Assembly: GCA_964628445.1 (NCBI GenBank)
Contig: CAZVOP010000002.1
Span: 20,421 to 84,420 of the forward strand
Length of the DNA stretch: 64,000 bases
Direction: 5' to 3'
Source: an uncultured Pseudobdellovibrionaceae bacterium
GTDB taxonomy: Bacteria > Bdellovibrionota > Bdellovibrionia > Bdellovibrionales > UBA1609
Shown: one piece after another, positions 9,454-19,214 of the stretch
Layout: every line of letters begins with the position of its first letter
Numbering within the stretch: the stretch's first letter is position 1
Notes under the pieces: generated by a model
Database searches by the model: none
Told to the model about the DNA's origin: nothing
What the model saw: only the letters and a program-made list of their open reading frames with translations
Translations under genes and position numbers: made by a program

Positions 9454-11835
9454 ATGTCCTCGAGGAATTTGCAACTTGGCGTCGCGGAATTCGCGCTTCC
9501 CGTACCCCGCATCGGCAGCATTGAGGCCTACTCAGGCTTCGGGCCCCTTCCTAACGTGGGCGCCGACATCCATGCCGCAATCCAAGTCGAGCGCATCCGT
9601 CTGCACAACGTTTACGTTCCCGAAAAATGGATCAGCCACACCTTCACGCACAAAAAGTATAAAATCACCGTCGGTGGACGCATGGACGGTTATATCCCGG
9701 GCCTTCCGCCACTGATCGAAGAAATCAAAACGGCCTATCAACTCGACAACCTGGCCAAAGCACTTGAGCGCAATCCTTTCCACCCCTACCGTTTGCAACT
9801 GCAAACTTACGCTTACCTGCATTACCTGAACACCGGTGTACTGCCCGCAACCCGCTTGCACATGGTTTGCGCGCGCACCAAAGACAGCAAGGATTTGCAC
9901 GAACCGCTTGAGCTCAAACTTTTTGAAGAGTGGCTCGGCCGTAGGCTTGATGAAATCGTGAGTGAGGATGAAGCCTTTGAGAAACTAAAACAGCGGCGCA
10001 GGAAATCCGCAGCCGGTTTTCAATTTCCGTTTAAGCAACCCCGTCCCGGCCAGCCCGAGTTGATCGCGACCATTGAGAAAGGCTTGGGAAAAAACGGAAA
10101 GCTTCTCTTGCAAGCGCCGACGGGCCTTGGCAAAACCGCGGCTGTGACCTTTCCCGTTTTGAAGGAAGCGATGGCGCGCGGGCAAAAGGCGGTCTATGTG
10201 ACGGCCAAAAACAGCCAGCACACGGTCGCCGAGGATGCGGCCCGCCGACTTCAAGAAACCGGGGCTAAAGTCAAAGCGCACACCATCCACGCCAAAAGCA
10301 AAATGTGTTTGAAGGATGAAACGCTCTGCAATCCCGAGTACTGCGAATTTGCCAAAGACTATTACACCAAAGTGCACGACAACAATCTGCTCGAAAAGCT
10401 GCGCAAGAAAAAAAATCTCAGCGCCAAAACTTTTGCGAAAGTGGGCCGTGAATTTGAGGTCTGCCCGTTTGAGCTTCAGCTCGACACTCTCGCGCATGCG
10501 GATTTGGTGATCTGCGATTACAACTATGTGTTCTCACCGCGCAATATCATGGGCCGCCTCACCGCCAGCGGCTACGGCAAGACTCAGCCACCGAACTTGA
10601 TCGTGGATGAAGCGCACAATCTGCCCGGTCGCGCCAACGAATATTTCTCGGCCGCTTTGAACGCCGGCGAACTCGATGCCTTGGTCGCCCGGGCGACCCA
10701 TCTTACAGACGAGTTGCAGGAACAAATGAACGGGATCAGCATCGCTTCAAGATTTCGCATCCGGGCTTGCGCGCCTGAGGGATTTGAACACCGGGCTTCG
10801 AAAGTCGACTTCGATCCCGAGGATTTTGTCGAGCTCCTCGCCCGGTCGCAAGAGCTGCTCGCCAATTATCTGAATTCCGGCATTGCACTCATGCGCCAAG
10901 ATCCGGTGCTCACCTTCTGCAACAATATTTCGAATTTCGCGCAAAGCTTGCTCAATAAAACCGATGAGTTCTTCTGCACCTACACGCCTGAAGGGCCGGC
11001 TCTTAAGGTCACCTGTTGCGACGCCTCGAATTGGCTGCGCGAAGTCTATACCCAGTTCGCCAATACCGTGGCCTTTTCGGCGACCATCAAACCGTTCGAT
11101 TACTACTCAAAAATTTTGGGACTTGAGGGCGAAGACCTTACTACCGCCGAATTTCTTTCGCCGTTTCCAAAAGAACGAAGGAAGCTCCTTATTATCCCGC
11201 AAGTTTCCACGCGCTTAAAAGACCGTGCCGACAACTACGGCAAAATCACATCGGCGATCGAACGCATCGTGGCGGTCAAGCCGGGGAATTACTTCGTCTT
11301 CTTTCCGAGCTTCGATTTCCTCAATAAAGTCGCCGGCCGGCTTTCGCTTCCCGGTTTTGAAATTCTTCTCCAGCCGCGTGAAATGCGGCGTGAGGCCGTC
11401 GATCAATATCTCGAAAAATTGCGCGCGCAAGAAAGGCCCACGCTGATCATGGCCGTGCAAGGCGGCGTCTTCGCCGAAGGCATCGATTATCCGGGCGAAA
11501 TGTTGATCGGTGCCATCGTTGTCGGCCCCGCCCTTCCCACGTTTGATTTCGAACGCGAACTCTTACGCGAATATTATGAAAGTAAATTCGGCAACGGCTT
11601 CGACTATGCGTACACTTTTCCAGCCATGGCGAAAGTCATTCAGAGCGCCGGCCGCGTGATCCGCTCAAGCCAAGATCGCGGCCTGATCGTTTTGATGGAC
11701 CGCCGTTTTGTGCATGCGAATTATCTGCAATCCATGCCGCTCGACTGGGGGATCGATCAGCCGCAGAATTTAGTTTCGACCTCGATCCTCAAAGATATCG
11801 AAAATTTTTGGCAAGAAACTAAGGAAGACATCTAA
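9454..11835 (+). CDS. XPD/DinG-family (Rad3-like) Fe-S DNA helicase with N-terminal PD-(D/E)XK (RecB-like) nuclease domain
   Basis: Helicase motifs: Walker A LLLQAPTGLGKTA, DEAH box LIVDEAHNLP, motif VI QSAGRVIRS. A four-Cys insert (KMCLKDETLCNPEYCEF...VCPFE) fits the XPD Fe-S domain. The N-terminal ~125 aa carry GGRMDGY-x9-LIEEIKT (D...ExK) and YRLQLQTYAYL (QxxxY). Confidence 0.85.
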   Translation: MSSRNLQLGVAEFALPVPRIGSIEAYSGFGPLPNVGADIHAAIQVERIRLHNVYVPEKWISHTFTHKKYKITVGGRMDGYIPGLPPLIEEIKTAYQLDNLAKALERNPFHPYRLQLQTYAYLHYLNTGVLPATRLHMVCARTKDSKDLHEPLELKLFEEWLGRRLDEIVSEDEAFEKLKQRRRKSAAGFQFPFKQPRPGQPELIATIEKGLGKNGKLLLQAPTGLGKTAAVTFPVLKEAMARGQKAVYVTAKNSQHTVAEDAARRLQETGAKVKAHTIHAKSKMCLKDETLCNPEYCEFAKDYYTKVHDNNLLEKLRKKKNLSAKTFAKVGREFEVCPFELQLDTLAHADLVICDYNYVFSPRNIMGRLTASGYGKTQPPNLIVDEAHNLPGRANEYFSAALNAGELDALVARATHLTDELQEQMNGISIASRFRIRACAPEGFEHRASKVDFDPEDFVELLARSQELLANYLNSGIALMRQDPVLTFCNNISNFAQSLLNKTDEFFCTYTPEGPALKVTCCDASNWLREVYTQFANTVAFSATIKPFDYYSKILGLEGEDLTTAEFLSPFPKERRKLLIIPQVSTRLKDRADNYGKITSAIERIVAVKPGNYFVFFPSFDFLNKVAGRLSLPGFEILLQPREMRREAVDQYLEKLRAQERPTLIMAVQGGVFAEGIDYPGEMLIGAIVVGPALPTFDFERELLREYYESKFGNGFDYAYTFPAMAKVIQSAGRVIRSSQDRGLIVLMDRRFVHANYLQSMPLDWGIDQPQNLVSTSILKDIENFWQETKEDI

Positions 11836-12391
11836 AGGCGGCAAGCCAAGTGTCCCAATCACGCGAGCTGTCGCGTGCCGTAAACCCCTCAACACGCAGC
11901 GCTTGCCCGCTGTGCTTGCAAAAGACAAAAAGATAAATGGATCTCTTCGCGAACTCTTCGTCGGCACAAACACCGAAAGTGTTTCTTGCAGTGGCGGCGG
12001 CTTGAATGCGCAAATAAAGCGAAGTTTCATTTTCTTTCTCTTCAATCTTCGGCCAAAAACGTTTTGGGCAGGAGACGATATTGCTGGTCATGCCGGGATA
12101 AGGCGATTTCTCTTCGCGAAAAAGACTGCGCATCAAAAAAATCTTCTGACTCATTTGAATTCGTGCCAGCTCTTCTGTCGTGTGGCGAAGTAAGCGGACT
12201 TTATACTCGGCATCGTCCGTACTCGCAGAAAAATCCTTATGCAAATCGCCATGCAGACGCGCTTCTTTTAACTCAGGAATCTCGACGGGCCACTGGACCT
12301 TTGCGCTCCTGAAGCTCCATGCGAAAGGCAAAGCCGCGAGAGCGAGCACAATACAAATCAGCTTGATGTTCCTAGACCCTATTGCTTTCAT
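11819..12391 (-). CDS. hypothetical secreted protein
   Basis: The ORF runs 11819-12424. ATG at 12391 gives MKAIGSRNIKLICIVLALAALPFAWS, a signal peptide. No family recognised. Confidence 0.5.
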   Translation of the reverse strand: MKAIGSRNIKLICIVLALAALPFAWSFRSAKVQWPVEIPELKEARLHGDLHKDFSASTDDAEYKVRLLRHTTEELARIQMSQKIFLMRSLFREEKSPYPGMTSNIVSCPKRFWPKIEEKENETSLYLRIQAAATARNTFGVCADEEFAKRSIYLFVFCKHSGQALRVEGFTARDSSRDWDTWLAAFRCLP

Positions 12392-12423
12392 TACCGGGCA
12401 ACGTATATGATTCTTCACCAGCA

Positions 12424-13989
12424 ATGAAGCTTAAAGAGATCCGATTTCTCATCATTGATTGTCAAACCACCGGGATGCGGCCGAGCGCGGGGCAAATATT
12501 GGAGCTGGCGTGGTCTTTAAGCGATTCGGAAAATATTGAATCCAGCCTGATTGAACTTGACGGTAAAAATATTCCGCCGCGAGTGAGCGAATTGACCGGC
12601 ATCACCGACGCCGATCTCAAGGACGCCAAACCTTTAAAAGAAGTCTTCGCCGCATTTTCCGACACGCTCCATCAGATCGACAAGCCGGCCGTGGCACTCA
12701 TTCACTATGCGCAATTCGAGCGTCCCTTTCTTAGCGATCTCTTTCTCAAGCACGGGATCCAGGAAGTCCCCTTCGAAATTTTGTGTACCCATCGCATGAC
12801 GAAAAAACTTTTCCCCAACCTGCCCAGTCAAAATATCCGCGGCACCGCCGGTTTTTTCGGCGACCCGGTCAGTGCGATCAAACGCTCCGGCAGCCACGTG
12901 CGCGCGACTAAACAAATTTGGCAAGGCTTACTCGCAAAGCTCAGCGAACAAGGGATCGAAGATCTTCCCGCGTTAAAAGAATGGCTCGGCGATAAAACTA
13001 AAGTCACTAAAGGCAAATACGATTACCGTATCGAATCAAGCAAACGCCTGAATCTGCCCGACGTTCCCGGCGTTTACCGTATGCTGGCGAAAAGCGGCGA
13101 GATCCTCTATGTCGGCAAGGCCACTTCGCTCAAGAGCCGGGTGAACAGTTATTTCCGTGGCAAGGCCGGCCGCGACCGCCGCAAACTCGAAATGCTGGCG
13201 CAAGTTTGGGACTTGAACGTGACAGAGTGCAAGTCGGCCCTCGAGGCGGCCCTGCTCGAGGCCGACGAGATCAAAAAACACAATCCACCTTACAACGTGA
13301 TGATGAAAAAAGGCCGCCGGCACCTGGTGTTTTACGCCAAGGATTTTTCGGCCGTATCGCGCACCCAAGACACCGAACATCCGCTTGGGCCGTTTCGTAA
13401 CAGCAATTGGATCGAACATTTACGCGCGCTGAACCGTTCGATTGAAAGCGGGTTGTTCGAGCAAATTTTCTTCGACTACGTTCCGCCCCTTCAATTGCGC
13501 GAGGCCTTTTCTCTTTTTTGCCGTACACACGACTTATTGGAGAGCCGAATCCGCGGGGTACGCTCACTTTTGGCCTTCGGCCTCAATTCTTACCGCCGGT
13601 TTGAAGAGCCCGAAGACGACGTCGATACGGACGGTGAAGAAGAGGAAAAAATTGACGTCGATCATCCCCTCGACGCCGAAGGCCGGCGCCTATTTACCGA
13701 CGCAGAGGTCGCCGAAAAATTCGAGCGCCTCTTTCGCCGCGCCGGCGCCGAACATTGGCGCGGACGCCATATGACCAGGCTGCTGAACGCCGACGTGATT
13801 TATCAGCACGCCGGTGAAGCACGCAAACTCAGCTTCACCCATGGCCACCTTACCGCGCGCGAAGGGAACCCGGACTCCGCGCGCCATACTCCGTGGCACG
13901 ATCTCGATGTGGAAACCTTCGACCGCATGTCGGTGTTGCTCTCGGAGCTTGAAAAATATGAACATCGAATTGAATGGCGGGATCTATGA
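12424..13989 (+). CDS. DnaQ-like exonuclease-fold domain fused to GIY-YIG (UvrC/Cho N-terminal type) nuclease domain
   Basis: N-terminus FLIIDCQTTG...IHYAQFERPFL shows exonuclease-fold motifs, but in degenerate form. The middle region has PGVYRMLAKSGEILYVGKATSLKSRVNSYF and EAALLEADEIKKHNPPYNV (GIY-YIG). The start was taken at ATG 12424 (MKLKEIR). Confidence 0.8.
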   Translation: MKLKEIRFLIIDCQTTGMRPSAGQILELAWSLSDSENIESSLIELDGKNIPPRVSELTGITDADLKDAKPLKEVFAAFSDTLHQIDKPAVALIHYAQFERPFLSDLFLKHGIQEVPFEILCTHRMTKKLFPNLPSQNIRGTAGFFGDPVSAIKRSGSHVRATKQIWQGLLAKLSEQGIEDLPALKEWLGDKTKVTKGKYDYRIESSKRLNLPDVPGVYRMLAKSGEILYVGKATSLKSRVNSYFRGKAGRDRRKLEMLAQVWDLNVTECKSALEAALLEADEIKKHNPPYNVMMKKGRRHLVFYAKDFSAVSRTQDTEHPLGPFRNSNWIEHLRALNRSIESGLFEQIFFDYVPPLQLREAFSLFCRTHDLLESRIRGVRSLLAFGLNSYRRFEEPEDDVDTDGEEEEKIDVDHPLDAEGRRLFTDAEVAEKFERLFRRAGAEHWRGRHMTRLLNADVIYQHAGEARKLSFTHGHLTAREGNPDSARHTPWHDLDVETFDRMSVLLSELEKYEHRIEWRDL

Positions 13990-15056
13990 TTTTGTTCTTA
14001 CTTCTCAGCCTCACCGCCGCGGCGGCCTCGGCCGAGCCCAAACTCGACCAACTCAAAATCGATCCCGGTTTTAAGATTTCGCTCTACGCTTATCCGGTAA
14101 AAGACGCCAGATCCATGGCTATGGGGCCGGACGGCATCGTTTTTGTCGGCACAAAAAGCGAAGGTTCAGTCTACGCGCTCATGCCGGATAAAAACGGCGA
14201 CGGCAAAAGCGACGCCATTATTCCGGTGGCTAAAAATCTAAATTCACCGAACGGCGTGGCTTTCAAAGGCGGCGATTTGTTCGTGGCTGAAATCGACCGC
14301 ATCTTGCGTTTTAAGAATATCGCTAAGAATTTGCGCGCCGCCAAGCCCGAGACATGGGGCCCGTCTTTTCCCGACAAGGCCCATCACGGTTGGAAATACA
14401 TCGCCTTCGGCCCCGACGGCTGGCTTTATGTTCCGGTCGGCGCTCCCTGCAACATCTGCCTTGAAAAGCCGGATCTATTCGCGGCCATCCACCGTATATC
14501 GCCGGACGGCAAAAAAAGAGAATTGGTCGCAAGCGGCGTGCGCAACACCGTCGGTTTCGATTGGTCTCCCTCAGATAAATCATTATGGTTTACAGACAAC
14601 GGCCGCGATTGGATGGGCGACGATCTGCCGCCTTGCGAGCTGAATCGCGTCGCTAAGAACGGAAAAAATTACGGCTTTCCCTATTGCCATGGAACGGGCG
14701 TTCTAGATCCTGAATTCGGCAAAGGAAAGAACTGCAAAGATTATGTTCCACCGAAACACGAATTCCCCGCGCACAGCGCCCCTCTCGGAATGAAATTCAT
14801 CACCAAAAATCCTGCGCTCAAAGGTTCAATTCTGGTCGCGGAACATGGCTCGTGGAATCGCTCGACGCCGATCGGTTATCAAGTGACCAAGATTCAAATC
14901 AACGGCGATAAAGCGGTGAAGGCCAGCCCGTTCTTAAGTGGATTTTTAAAGGGCTCGTCGGCTTGGGGCCGGCCGGTGGACATCTTGGAGATGGAGGACG
15001 GGTCCATCTTAATTTCAGATGACGAAGCCGGCGCGATTTACCGCGCCAGCTTATGA
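13986..15056 (+). CDS. PQQ-dependent sugar (glucose/sorbosone) dehydrogenase family beta-propeller protein, secreted
   Basis: Motifs: SPNGVAF..GDLFVAE, WFTDNGRDWMGDDLPPCELN, NYGFPYCHG. The start at 13986 gives signal peptide MILFLLLSLTAAAASA and an ATGA overlap with the upstream stop. Confidence 0.8.
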   Translation: MILFLLLSLTAAAASAEPKLDQLKIDPGFKISLYAYPVKDARSMAMGPDGIVFVGTKSEGSVYALMPDKNGDGKSDAIIPVAKNLNSPNGVAFKGGDLFVAEIDRILRFKNIAKNLRAAKPETWGPSFPDKAHHGWKYIAFGPDGWLYVPVGAPCNICLEKPDLFAAIHRISPDGKKRELVASGVRNTVGFDWSPSDKSLWFTDNGRDWMGDDLPPCELNRVAKNGKNYGFPYCHGTGVLDPEFGKGKNCKDYVPPKHEFPAHSAPLGMKFITKNPALKGSILVAEHGSWNRSTPIGYQVTKIQINGDKAVKASPFLSGFLKGSSAWGRPVDILEMEDGSILISDDEAGAIYRASL

Positions 15057-15161
15057 AATTAGTTCAGCTTAAGACAAGCGATCGCGGGGTTATAGCGTTC
15101 GGCTCTGTTCGAGGATTGAAAACGGTTTCTGTTTTGGCGCCCTCCTGCTAAACGCCTATCC

Positions 15162-15965
15162 ATGACGATATTTCCAGAAGACCCCCGCTCCTATATCCGC
15201 CAAGAATACGAACAACGCCATAAGCGCAACCCGGCTTACTCGTGGCGCTCATTCGCCCGCGATTTAAAAATGAGCCCGTCGATGCTAAGCGAGTTCATCA
15301 AGGGCCGCTACGGACTCTCGCGCGCGAAAGCGACCTTCGTGGCACAAAGCATTCGGCTGGATAATGCGCACACCGAACACTTTATCGATTTGCTCGAAGC
15401 CGGCTTTCACCGCTTGCCCACGCATCGCGAGCTGGCCCGCATGCGCGCCAGTGAGCGAATCTCCCATGCCAGCACCGGGATCACGCGCGAAACTTTGTCG
15501 CTGCTGCTGGACTGGACTTATTTTGCGATGATGGAAATCATCGGACTCGAAAAAGGTCATGCCGCACGCAAAGGCCGCTGGCTTGAACCGTTCCGGCATT
15601 GCGCTCAAAAAGCCGAGGAAGCGATAGGCCGGCTTCTTGAGCTTAAACTGATCAAAGAAGAAAATGGCGTGTTCTCGCCCTCCGAAGACATCACCGTCAC
15701 CGGCGAGCAACTGGATGAGGAAGACACGCGCCGTTTGCACTCCCAAGTTCTCGAACTTGGACGCCAAGCACTTGACGGACTGCCCAGCGATCAGCGCGAG
15801 GCCATTTCGGTCTTCGGTTCGGTTTGTTCAGAAGATTTTAACGAGATGAAGAAAGAGTTGAACGATTCCTTCTTAAAAGTTTTGAACAAATACGCCAGCC
15901 GGCCCGGCGCCGATTCGGTCCATTGTTTCGCCCTTCAAGCCTTTCCGGTTTACAAGAAGGATTAA
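15162..15965 (+). CDS. TIGR02147/DUF4423-type protein (HTH-like N-terminus)
   Basis: The N-terminus SYIRQEYEQRHKRNPAYSWRSFARDLKMSPSMLSEFIKGRYGLS matches, from memory, the family expanded in Bdellovibrio and Fibrobacter. Confidence 0.65.
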   Translation: MTIFPEDPRSYIRQEYEQRHKRNPAYSWRSFARDLKMSPSMLSEFIKGRYGLSRAKATFVAQSIRLDNAHTEHFIDLLEAGFHRLPTHRELARMRASERISHASTGITRETLSLLLDWTYFAMMEIIGLEKGHAARKGRWLEPFRHCAQKAEEAIGRLLELKLIKEENGVFSPSEDITVTGEQLDEEDTRRLHSQVLELGRQALDGLPSDQREAISVFGSVCSEDFNEMKKELNDSFLKVLNKYASRPGADSVHCFALQAFPVYKKD

Positions 15966-16092
15966 GGATCGCCCACAGAGGCAATTTTCCCCGTCTCGGT
16001 CAATTCGCCTCGGCCTTTTCACTCTGCCGTCGTTTGATTCTTTGTCCCCTTGGAATTAAATGTGCAAACCTATCCTCTTGAGCGGAGGAAAA

Positions 16093-17676
16093 ATGGGATC
16101 GGCATATTTTGACGCACATTCATTATGGCAACAATCGGATAAACCTCTCTTCACTTCGCTGAGTGAAAACATTCGCGTCGACACCTGCGTCGTGGGTGGA
16201 GGCATTGCCGGCCTCACCACCGCCTATCTTATGGCCAAAGCCGGCCAGAAAGTCGCCGTTTTGGATCGCGAAAGACTTGGGCTTGGCGAAACCGGCCTCA
16301 CTTCGGCGCACCTGGCGTCGGCCCTCGATGAGGGCTTTGTGAAGCTGCAAAAAGCCCATGGTCATGAAGGAGCCCGGCTTGCAGCCGAAAGTCATTCACG
16401 CGCCATCGACTTAATCGAACAAATCCAGCGTGAAGAAAACATCGCTTGCGAGTTCAAACGCGTGAGCGGCTATTTATTTTTGGACCCGCAAAAAGATATC
16501 GACTATTTGCTGTCGGAGCTCAAGGCCGCCCATGAGTCCGGCCTGGCCGGAGCCAAACTCTTACCGCGCTCTCCCTCCGTGCTCTTCGATAGCGGCCCCT
16601 GCATTCACTATCCCAATCAAGCGCAATTTCATCCGATGAAATATATCGACGGCCTGGCGCACGCGATTCAAAAGATGGATGGCCATATTCTCACCCACTC
16701 GGAAGTGACCGCGATCAAAGGCGGAACCAATGCTTTTGTCCGTACCCGCCAAGGATTCAAAGTCGAATGCGACAATATCGTCGTGGCCACCAATGTCCCG
16801 ATCAACAACATGGTCGCCATTCACACCAAAAACGCCGCCTACCGCAGCTACATTATCGGTCTGCCCGTGCCGCCGGAAAAAGTGCAAGACATGCTGCTGT
16901 GGGATACCGCCGATAAATATCATTACATCCGCTTCGTCAAAGATCCCGCGACCGACGAAGACATTCTCCTTATCGGCGGCGAAGATCACCGCACCGGTCA
17001 GGGTAAGGATCCTGAAACCCATTTCGATAATCTGCGCCGCTGGGTGGAGAATCATTTCGATATCCCCGCGCGCCCGATTACTCGTTGGTCCGGTCAAATC
17101 ATGGAACCCGTCGACGGCTTGGCTTACATCGGCCTCAATCCGATGGATGCAAAAAATGTTTATGTGATCACCGGCGATTCCGGCCACGGCCTTACGCACG
17201 GATCGCTTGGGGCGATTTTGATCAGGGACCTTATTTTTGGCCACAAGAATCCGTGGGCGGAACTCTATGATCCCTCCAGATTGTATTTTCGCAGCCTGGG
17301 AACCTATTTGCGTGAAGCCACGCAAAGCACGATGCCTTACAGCGACTGGTTTTCCGACGGAGATGTGGATAGCCCGCAGCAAATCGAAGCCGGCGAAGGG
17401 GCGATCATCCGCGAAGGCTTGCACAAAGTCGCAGTTTACAAAGACGATATGAACCGGCTGCATTGCTTTTCCGCGGTGTGCACGCATTTGGGCGGATGCG
17501 TGCGCTGGAATGCGGCCGAAAAAACTTGGGATTGCCCTTGTCACGGCTCAAGATTCGACCGCTTCGGACAAGTGCTGAACGGCCCTGCCATTAAAGAGCT
17601 CGAAGCGGTTTCCGACATGACCATTACCGCCGAAGAAGTCGAAGGCATTATTCCCGAACCGACGGTCGAAGCTTAA
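16093..17676 (+). CDS. FAD-dependent oxidoreductase with C-terminal Rieske [2Fe-2S] domain
   Basis: Dinucleotide fold VVGGGIAGLTTAY and Rieske motif CTHLGGCV...CPCHGSRF. GGAGG lies 5 nt before ATG 16093. Confidence 0.85.
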   Translation: MGSAYFDAHSLWQQSDKPLFTSLSENIRVDTCVVGGGIAGLTTAYLMAKAGQKVAVLDRERLGLGETGLTSAHLASALDEGFVKLQKAHGHEGARLAAESHSRAIDLIEQIQREENIACEFKRVSGYLFLDPQKDIDYLLSELKAAHESGLAGAKLLPRSPSVLFDSGPCIHYPNQAQFHPMKYIDGLAHAIQKMDGHILTHSEVTAIKGGTNAFVRTRQGFKVECDNIVVATNVPINNMVAIHTKNAAYRSYIIGLPVPPEKVQDMLLWDTADKYHYIRFVKDPATDEDILLIGGEDHRTGQGKDPETHFDNLRRWVENHFDIPARPITRWSGQIMEPVDGLAYIGLNPMDAKNVYVITGDSGHGLTHGSLGAILIRDLIFGHKNPWAELYDPSRLYFRSLGTYLREATQSTMPYSDWFSDGDVDSPQQIEAGEGAIIREGLHKVAVYKDDMNRLHCFSAVCTHLGGCVRWNAAEKTWDCPCHGSRFDRFGQVLNGPAIKELEAVSDMTITAEEVEGIIPEPTVEA

Positions 17677-17713
17677 GCGAAGTTCAGCTAAATTTATCTG
17701 TGCCGGTTTTTAT

Positions 17714-19156
17714 TTGTCCTGCCTCTTGATCCATGCGATACCGGGCCAATTCCAAAGGTCCAAGTTGCGAAAAGCCGGTATTGATTTTTTCATATACGCG
17801 ATCGTATTGCTCTCCAGCATCGCTGCGGTGTACGCGCTGATTCATCTTGGTGCCACTCAGTATCCTGTCACGATCCATCCGGGCCTTCCGGCCTCCGCGC
17901 CGGGCACGCCCGGTTCATTGCATCAAATGTTGATTTCCCTACTCGTCGTGATTGCCGCGGCCAGAGTTCTTGGCTCAGCCGCCACGGCTCTTCGCCAACC
18001 GCGCGTGGTCGGCGAAATTATCGGAGGCTTGCTGCTTGGCCCCTCTTTCCTAGGCCTGTACTTTCCCGAAACCGCGGCCCTCTTGCTGCCCGCATCGGTC
18101 TTCCCGTTCCTGTCGATCATCGCGCAAATCGGAGTGCTGCTTTTTATGTTCACGATCGGGTTGGATTTGGATCTCGATGCTCTTCGCCGCGCGGGACGAA
18201 CCGCCCTTGCCGTCTCACACGCGAGTATCATCTTTCCGTTCCTTCTTGGGATCATTCTCGCCCTCTCGATTTTTCCGTCGATGGCGCCGTTGGGAGTGGG
18301 TTTTCCCGGTTTTGCGCTTTTTATCGCCATTGCCATGTCGATCACAGCCTTTCCGGTCCTCGCGCGCATCCTTAGCGATTTCAAAATGGAGCGCACACCG
18401 ATCGGCGTGTTGGCGTTAAGTTGTGCGGCAATCGACGACGCCAGTGCGTGGTGTTTATTGGCCTTGGTCGTCGGAATTCTTAACGCCACGGTCGGCGGAG
18501 CCGCAGTCACCACGGCGTTGACCCTTGCTTACATTCTTGTGATGCTGTTCTTTATCCGGCCGCGGCTGGCGCGCTTGATCTCCCGGATAGACGGATCCAC
18601 GGATCGCATTTCCGAAGGCGCATTGGCCTTGATTTTGATGGGCCTACTGCTTTCGGCGTCCCTTACCGAGGCGATCGGTATCCACGCGCTTTTTGGCGCA
18701 TTCTTTCTTGGCGCCATTATTCCGTATGAAAGCAAAGTCGCCGTCGACTTGACCGCCCGATTGCAAGATCTTGTCCGCGTTTTCTTTTTACCGGCGTTCT
18801 TCGCGTTCACCGGACTTCGCACCGAAATCGGTTTGCTCCAATCCAAATCCGATTTGATCCTTTGTTTGCTGGTGATCGCGCTCGCCACAATCGGGAAATT
18901 CGGAGGTGCTTTTGTCGCCGCCAAACTCAGCGGCCTCAAGACACGCGAGTCAGCCGTTATCGGCGTGCTTATGAACACGCGCGGCTTGGTCGAGCTTATC
19001 GTTTTGAATGTGGGCCTTGATTTACACGTGCTTTCCCCGCGCTTGTTCACCATTTTGGTGATTATGGCCGTGACGACGACACTTGCCACGGGGCCGGGAC
19101 TTCTGCTGCTCGGCCATGGGGCGATATCGGGACGTAAAACCACGCCTGCCAATTGA
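17714..19156 (+). CDS. cation:proton antiporter, CPA2 (Kef/NapA-like) family
   Basis: QPRVVGEIIGGLLLGPS signature and about 12 TM helices. The start is uncertain: either TTG 17714 with an extra N-terminal TM, or ATG 17927. Confidence 0.8.
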   Translation: MSCLLIHAIPGQFQRSKLRKAGIDFFIYAIVLLSSIAAVYALIHLGATQYPVTIHPGLPASAPGTPGSLHQMLISLLVVIAAARVLGSAATALRQPRVVGEIIGGLLLGPSFLGLYFPETAALLLPASVFPFLSIIAQIGVLLFMFTIGLDLDLDALRRAGRTALAVSHASIIFPFLLGIILALSIFPSMAPLGVGFPGFALFIAIAMSITAFPVLARILSDFKMERTPIGVLALSCAAIDDASAWCLLALVVGILNATVGGAAVTTALTLAYILVMLFFIRPRLARLISRIDGSTDRISEGALALILMGLLLSASLTEAIGIHALFGAFFLGAIIPYESKVAVDLTARLQDLVRVFFLPAFFAFTGLRTEIGLLQSKSDLILCLLVIALATIGKFGGAFVAAKLSGLKTRESAVIGVLMNTRGLVELIVLNVGLDLHVLSPRLFTILVIMAVTTTLATGPGLLLLGHGAISGRKTTPAN

Positions 19157-19214
19157 TTGGCTGCAAATCGTGGCAACTAACTTGCAAATCCAAAGGCTAT
19201 TGAAGGAGGTCTTC

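Noticed and set aside
9985-10497. 170-aa antisense ORF in the helicase gene; likewise 31681-32223, 52971-53546, 59018-59584, 47678-48326, 15285-15767 and 39403-39870
   Set aside because: Each lies inside a longer ORF on the other strand or frame. That longer ORF has family motifs, a signal peptide or good start context, so these are treated as shadow ORFs.
16561-17544. 327-aa ORF antisense to the FAD/Rieske oxidoreductase gene
   Set aside because: The plus-strand frame carries the GxGxxG and Rieske CxH...CxxH motifs. The antisense product has no motifs and a skewed composition, as expected of a shadow ORF in GC-rich coding DNA.
17923-19176. 196-aa and 215-aa minus-strand ORFs inside the CPA2 antiporter gene
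   Set aside because: Both are Arg/Ala/Ser/Pro-rich antisense shadows. The plus frame has the transporter signature and regular TM helices.
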